Of a stretch of 64,000 nucleotides of DNA, positions 59,149 to 64,000 are shown piece after piece. The stretch's first letter is position 1. Each line of letters begins with the position of its first letter. A program made the position numbers and the translations under genes. The notes under the pieces are model-generated. The model saw only the letters and a program-made list of their open reading frames with translations. It was not told where the DNA came from and made no database searches. Origin of the DNA: Bacteroidia bacterium (GTDB lineage Bacteria > Bacteroidota > Bacteroidia > M30B66); assembly GCA_965279035.1 (NCBI GenBank), contig OZ257142.1, positions 3,328,001 through 3,392,000 on the forward strand, in the 5' to 3' direction.

Positions 59149-59797
59149 ATCCATTACCAAATCATTTGGTGGACTACAGGTCCTTAAAGGAGTTGATTTT
59201 GAAATCAACACAGGAGAAATTGTGTCTATAGTTGGAGCTTCGGGCGCTGGAAAGACAACGTTTCTTCAAATTTTAGGCACTTTAGATCGACCGGATTCGG
59301 GTGAATTGGATTTTGATGGAGAGAAGCCAACTGGTTTAAATGATCGAAAATTATCGGCATTTCGAAACCTGCATATTGGATTTATTTTTCAGTTTCATCA
59401 ATTATTGCCCGAGTTTACCGCTTTAGAAAATGTGATGATTCCGGGAATGATTGCAGGTAAATCTCGTCCCGATTTAGAAAAAAGAGCCAAAGAGCTACTC
59501 GAGCAATTGGGTTTGAATGATCGTTTAGATTCTAAACCTTCTACCCTTTCGGGGGGAGAACAGCAGCGAGTTGCTGTTGCTCGCGCATTAATGAATTCCC
59601 CTAAATTACTTCTAGCCGACGAACCCAGTGGAAATTTAGATTCGAAAAATGCCAAAGAATTACATGATTTATTTTTCGAACTCCGCAAAAATCTAGGACA
59701 AACAATCGTCATCGTTACACATAACGAAGAATTAGCGCGCATGGCAGATCGCAGACTCGTGATGGTTGATGGAAGATTTCAACAGCTTGGTGAATAA
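59135..59797 (+). CDS. lolD: Lipoprotein-releasing ABC transporter ATPase LolD-like
   Basis: [42 protein letters not shown]. Confidence 0.85.
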   Translation: MISAKSITKSFGGLQVLKGVDFEINTGEIVSIVGASGAGKTTFLQILGTLDRPDSGELDFDGEKPTGLNDRKLSAFRNLHIGFIFQFHQLLPEFTALENVMIPGMIAGKSRPDLEKRAKELLEQLGLNDRLDSKPSTLSGGEQQRVAVARALMNSPKLLLADEPSGNLDSKNAKELHDLFFELRKNLGQTIVIVTHNEELARMADRRLVMVDGRFQQLGE

Positions 59798-59917
59798 GTT
59801 TCAGCTCAATTTTCAGCTCTGTACAAACAATTGTGGCAATGTGCCCAATTGATTGAGAACAGATCCTTTTATTATTGCCATTCGTTCCGGGCTTCGTTCC
59901 ATCTTAAAAAAGATGTG

Positions 59918-61711
59918 ATGTCAACAGCCCTTTATACCGAATCTGCAGGAGCGGTCTTGCATACCCATTTTGGATATTCTGAATTTCGTCCATTACAGGA
60001 AGAAATCATCCAGACAGTTTGTAATCAAGATGATTGCCTTGTTTTGATGCCAACTGGTGGAGGGAAATCACTGTGTTTTCAAGTGCCTGCCTTGATGAAA
60101 GAAGGAACTGCCTTGGTCATTTCTCCCTTGTTGTCTTTAATGAAAGATCAAGTTGATTCTTTAAAAGCCAATGGGATTTTAGCGGAAACATGGAATAGTG
60201 GAACATCACCCGAAGAGGAATTTGAGATCATTCAAGATTGTCGTCATGGGAAATTGAAGTTATTGTATATCTCTCCAGAAAGACTTCAAGTGTTGATGGG
60301 AAGTTTTATGAATGAGGTTCAATGGTCCTTGTTTGCTATTGATGAAGCCCATTGTATTTCAAATTGGGGACATGATTTTCGACCTGAATACACCAAACTT
60401 CAAGGCTTAAAAGAACGTTTTCCTCAAGTCCCAATTATTGCACTCACGGCAACTGCCGATTTAACTACACGCGAAGACATTGTGCTTCAATTGGGATTGA
60501 AAAATGCGCAACGATTTATAGCATCTTTCGATCGACCAAACCTTTCATTAGAAGTTCGCGGTGATATGCGAAAGGATTTGCAGGATCAAGAAATTGTCAG
60601 TTTTATTCGCCAACGAAAAAATCAGAGTGGAATTATTTATTGCAGCAGTCGAAAAAAAACGGAGATGTTATCCCATTCGTTAAATAGAAGAGGAATTCGA
60701 AGTGAGTTTTATCATGCAGGAATGGTGTATCATGATCGAGTGCGTGTACAAGAGAATTTTTTATACGATAGAACACACGTGATTTGCGCCACCATTGCTT
60801 TTGGGATGGGAATCGATAAATCGGATGTGCGCTATGTGATTCATTATAATTTACCACGCAGCTTAGAAAGCTATTACCAAGAAATTGGTCGTGCTGGGCG
60901 CGATGGTTTACCAGCAGAAACACTCTTGTATTATCATAACAGTGATTTTAGTTTACAAAGAAGATATGCTTTAGAAAGTGGACAAGTTGAATTAAATCTT
61001 TCCAAATTAAATTTGATGAAAGAGTATACCGAAGGAATTGAATGTAGGCGCAAAACGCTGCTTCGGTATTTTCATGAAGCGTATTTAAACGAATGCGGAA
61101 ATTGCGATCGATGTAGGTTAAGCAAAACGAATTATGAGTTTGCAGAAGAAGCCCTTGAACAAAAAAAACCTCAAGGTTTATTAGAACATTTAAGACAGGT
61201 TCGGTTGCAACTAGCTCGACAAGAAAAGCTCCCTGCTTATATTATTTTTCATGAAAGCACTTTGAAGGAAATTGTAGCATTACGCCCAGAACAACTCCAA
61301 GAAATAAGCAAAGTTACCGGTATGAGTGAGAATAAATTCCGGAAATATGGACGTTATTTCTTTCTTGAATCTGCCCAATGGTTTCGAAATAATGGATTTA
61401 GTATTCCAAATGAAACTAGCTTACTTACTTGGCTTTTATTGAGAGAAGGAAAATCACCAAATGAAGTTGCAGAAATTCGTTCTATTGGATTAAGCAGTAT
61501 TTATTATCACGCTGAAATTTTGCATCGAGCAGAATTCAAATTTGATCATTCAGCCTTTTTATCAGCAGAGAAAAAACAAAAGATTGAATCAACACTCGAC
61601 CAGCTGAAATTTCAAGGAAAAAGAAAAAACATTCATGAATTATTTAAAGGTGAGATAAGCCATAATGAAATTTCCTTTTATCTCGATTGCTATGAACAAA
61701 TTAGTGAATAA
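59918..61711 (+). CDS. recQ: RecQ family DNA helicase
   Basis: MPTGGGKS, DEAH, WGHDFRP, ATIAFGMGIDK, QEIGRAGRDG, Cys Zn site, HRDC; likely start MSTAL at 59918. Confidence 0.92.
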   Translation: MSTALYTESAGAVLHTHFGYSEFRPLQEEIIQTVCNQDDCLVLMPTGGGKSLCFQVPALMKEGTALVISPLLSLMKDQVDSLKANGILAETWNSGTSPEEEFEIIQDCRHGKLKLLYISPERLQVLMGSFMNEVQWSLFAIDEAHCISNWGHDFRPEYTKLQGLKERFPQVPIIALTATADLTTREDIVLQLGLKNAQRFIASFDRPNLSLEVRGDMRKDLQDQEIVSFIRQRKNQSGIIYCSSRKKTEMLSHSLNRRGIRSEFYHAGMVYHDRVRVQENFLYDRTHVICATIAFGMGIDKSDVRYVIHYNLPRSLESYYQEIGRAGRDGLPAETLLYYHNSDFSLQRRYALESGQVELNLSKLNLMKEYTEGIECRRKTLLRYFHEAYLNECGNCDRCRLSKTNYEFAEEALEQKKPQGLLEHLRQVRLQLARQEKLPAYIIFHESTLKEIVALRPEQLQEISKVTGMSENKFRKYGRYFFLESAQWFRNNGFSIPNETSLLTWLLLREGKSPNEVAEIRSIGLSSIYYHAEILHRAEFKFDHSAFLSAEKKQKIESTLDQLKFQGKRKNIHELFKGEISHNEISFYLDCYEQISE

Positions 61712-63854
61712 TGCTCATCTCATTCACCAAATGACTGGCACCAGCAAATTTGTCGATAATGAATAGCGTGTACCGAATATCAGCTGTGATGTTGCGCACT
61801 TGGTTGATATCGTAATACACATCGCTCATGGTTCCTTCCCAATTGCGGTCGAAGTTAGTTCCGATAAGCTGTCCTTTTGCATTGAAAACCGGACTACCTG
61901 AATTGCCTCCTGTTGTGTGATTTGATGCTGCAAAGCAGGTGTGAAGTGTTCCATCTTTATCAGCATATGGTCCAAAATCTTTATTCTGAATCAGTTCTTT
62001 TAATCGTTCGGGAATGCTGTAATCGATCACACCCGAATTGCTTTTTTGTATAAGTCCATCGGCGGTCGTGAACCAAGTATAATTTACACCATCAGCAGGA
62101 GAATAGCCTTCGGTTTTCCCATAAGCAACACGTAAAGATTGATTCGCATCGGGATAATAACGCTTTTCAGGAATGACTTCGCGTTGCGCTTTTACATACA
62201 AGCGGTTCATGGGAATGAGATGCGCCATAACTGAATTGTAATTCTTCAGAACTACATTTCGGTAATGATCAAAATAAAACAAAGCCAGTTTGATTGCTAA
62301 ATCGTTTTTCAATTTTGAAATAGAAGCGGAATCAGGATTTTCGAGTAGTTTATTTACAGCTGTTTCATCATCTAAAAAACTCGAATCAAAAGCAATGCTT
62401 GTTACAACTTCAATTTCATTTTTACCTGATTGTGCAGATAATCCAGCAATAAAATCAGGTGAAACAGGATGAGCAGAATGAGCATAATAACTTGTCAACA
62501 TAGCCGTCATGATTTCACGATCGAGCATTGAATAATAATCTTTGAAAAATTCAGCAGCTCTTTTTTTCTGAGCACTTAAAATCTCTTTCCCTTTTTCAGA
62601 ATTCCAATCATTTGTATTGTTGAGCATATCTCGAAAACCATTCGCAAATCGAAGTAGTTCTATCGTTAAAACACCTTCGTTAAATAAATCCATTTCGGGT
62701 TGAATGTCTTTCAACGTAGCATACTCACGATTAAAGTCGGATTGAAGATTTTTATAGGAACTGAATTTTGGATCAGCATCTACCCTACTCTGAAATTTCG
62801 ATTCAAATTCTTTTTTCTTATCTATTGCGTGTGCACGTGTAAGTCCTTTTGCTTCGCCCGCCCATTTCTTGTGATAATTGCTTACACCAGAATATTTATC
62901 TGCATACTTGATAAAAACTCCCCGATCGGCCGACATGTATTTATTCATCACATCGAGACGTTGTCCGCGTAAATCCACTTTGAGAGGATTACTCAAATTC
63001 ACAATTTGATCTACTGCATTAGAAGTCAAATACTCATTGGTTCGAGCTGGAAAACCGTAGACCATTGTAAAATCGTTTTCCTTAATTCCACTGGTTGAAA
63101 TAGGAAAATGATAACGTGGTTGAAATGGTACATTCTCAGGAGAATAGTCGGCAGGTTTATTATCCTTGCCTGCATAAATTCGGAATAAACTAAAGTCGGC
63201 TGTATGACGCGGCCACACCCAGTTGTCGCTGTCTTTTCCGAAATTCCCAATGGATTGTGGTGGTGCACCTACCAAGCGCACATCACGAAAAACTTCAGTC
63301 ACAAAAAGCACATATTCGTTTCCGTTATACATGGGTTTAATGATGGCTTCGTAATGTGTATTGATAACGGCTTCTTTAACCAATTCCATCGAACGTTGTG
63401 TAATGATATTTTCACGTTCGCTTTCATCCGTTATTTTATCAAGTCCTTCAATCATACGTGCAGTCACATCTTCCATGCGAATGATAAACGTTACAGTTAA
63501 TCCTGGATTGGGTAATTCTTCTGCGTGATTCTTTGCCCAAAACCCATCTTTTAAATAATCATGATCTAAACTGGAGTGATCTTGAATTTGTCCAAAACCG
63601 CAGTGGTGATTGGTTAGCAACAAGCCTTCTTTACTAATAACTTCCCCAGTACAACCGCGTCCAAAAAGCACCACTCCATCTTTCATGCTCGATTTATTGA
63701 CACTATAAATATCCTCAGCAGAGATTTTCATCCCCATTTTCTTCATGTCCTTTTCATTGAGTTGCTTCAACAACATGGGGAGCCACATACCTTCGTCGGC
63801 AAGCAGTCGAACGGTGAAAAGTATAAAGGTCAATAGAAGAGATAGTACGCGCAT
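61701..63854 (-). CDS. S46 family dipeptidyl peptidase, DPP11-type
   Basis: ADEGMW, TNHHC, HTTGGNSGSPV, FDRNWEG (Arg at the S1 position). Confidence 0.9.
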   Translation of the reverse strand: MRVLSLLLTFILFTVRLLADEGMWLPMLLKQLNEKDMKKMGMKISAEDIYSVNKSSMKDGVVLFGRGCTGEVISKEGLLLTNHHCGFGQIQDHSSLDHDYLKDGFWAKNHAEELPNPGLTVTFIIRMEDVTARMIEGLDKITDESERENIITQRSMELVKEAVINTHYEAIIKPMYNGNEYVLFVTEVFRDVRLVGAPPQSIGNFGKDSDNWVWPRHTADFSLFRIYAGKDNKPADYSPENVPFQPRYHFPISTSGIKENDFTMVYGFPARTNEYLTSNAVDQIVNLSNPLKVDLRGQRLDVMNKYMSADRGVFIKYADKYSGVSNYHKKWAGEAKGLTRAHAIDKKKEFESKFQSRVDADPKFSSYKNLQSDFNREYATLKDIQPEMDLFNEGVLTIELLRFANGFRDMLNNTNDWNSEKGKEILSAQKKRAAEFFKDYYSMLDREIMTAMLTSYYAHSAHPVSPDFIAGLSAQSGKNEIEVVTSIAFDSSFLDDETAVNKLLENPDSASISKLKNDLAIKLALFYFDHYRNVVLKNYNSVMAHLIPMNRLYVKAQREVIPEKRYYPDANQSLRVAYGKTEGYSPADGVNYTWFTTADGLIQKSNSGVIDYSIPERLKELIQNKDFGPYADKDGTLHTCFAASNHTTGGNSGSPVFNAKGQLIGTNFDRNWEGTMSDVYYDINQVRNITADIRYTLFIIDKFAGASHLVNEMSIIH

Positions 63855-64000
63855 AGTGATGGAATTTCAGGCCGAAAATGGCGAAAAATATTGGAATTAG
63901 CAGGATTGAGTATTAAGGTTAACCGTGATAATTCATTAAACCATCATTTTGAAAGATTGAATGATTCATTAATTATTAATAAAATAGAATCATAAATCAG

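Noticed and set aside
1-64000. tRNA/rRNA genes, prophage, retron or DGR
   Set aside because: No cloverleaf or rRNA signatures in the intergenic gaps, and no phage structural, integrase or reverse transcriptase ORFs were seen.

Overview
A 64 kb chromosomal window from a Bacteroidota organism, judged from TAnnTTTG -7 promoter elements, many T9SS C-terminal-domain proteins, a mitochondrial-type aconitase and an rpsF-rpsR-rplI operon without ssb. The backbone is housekeeping: miaE, a GH13 amylase, aconitase, a MarR-RND-TolC efflux operon, mqnA, metH with a SAM-I riboswitch, ssb, gcvT, r-proteins, accC, sucC, lolD, recQ and DPP11. Interspersed are about seven T9SS cargo genes, one IS3 element (3-bp TSD, -1 frameshift site), two apparently identical inverted IS4-family copies with separate 9-bp TSDs, several intergenic repeat families, and three small AT-rich toxin-antitoxin-like modules. 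The best candidate for an undescribed system is a 57-aa ORF missing from the ORF track (10259-10432) that overlaps an H-Y-Q ADP-ribosyltransferase-fold gene (10408-11022). It looks like a chaperone-less, CmdT-like toxin-antitoxin or anti-phage pair. Also notable are a SAM-I switch that appears to mask an SD-less start region, a phased palindromic array between a Zn-ribbon gene and ssb, and a perfect Shine-Dalgarno before rplI. No rRNA, tRNA or CRISPR-Cas was seen. All family calls are from motif recognition by eye, with no database searches.
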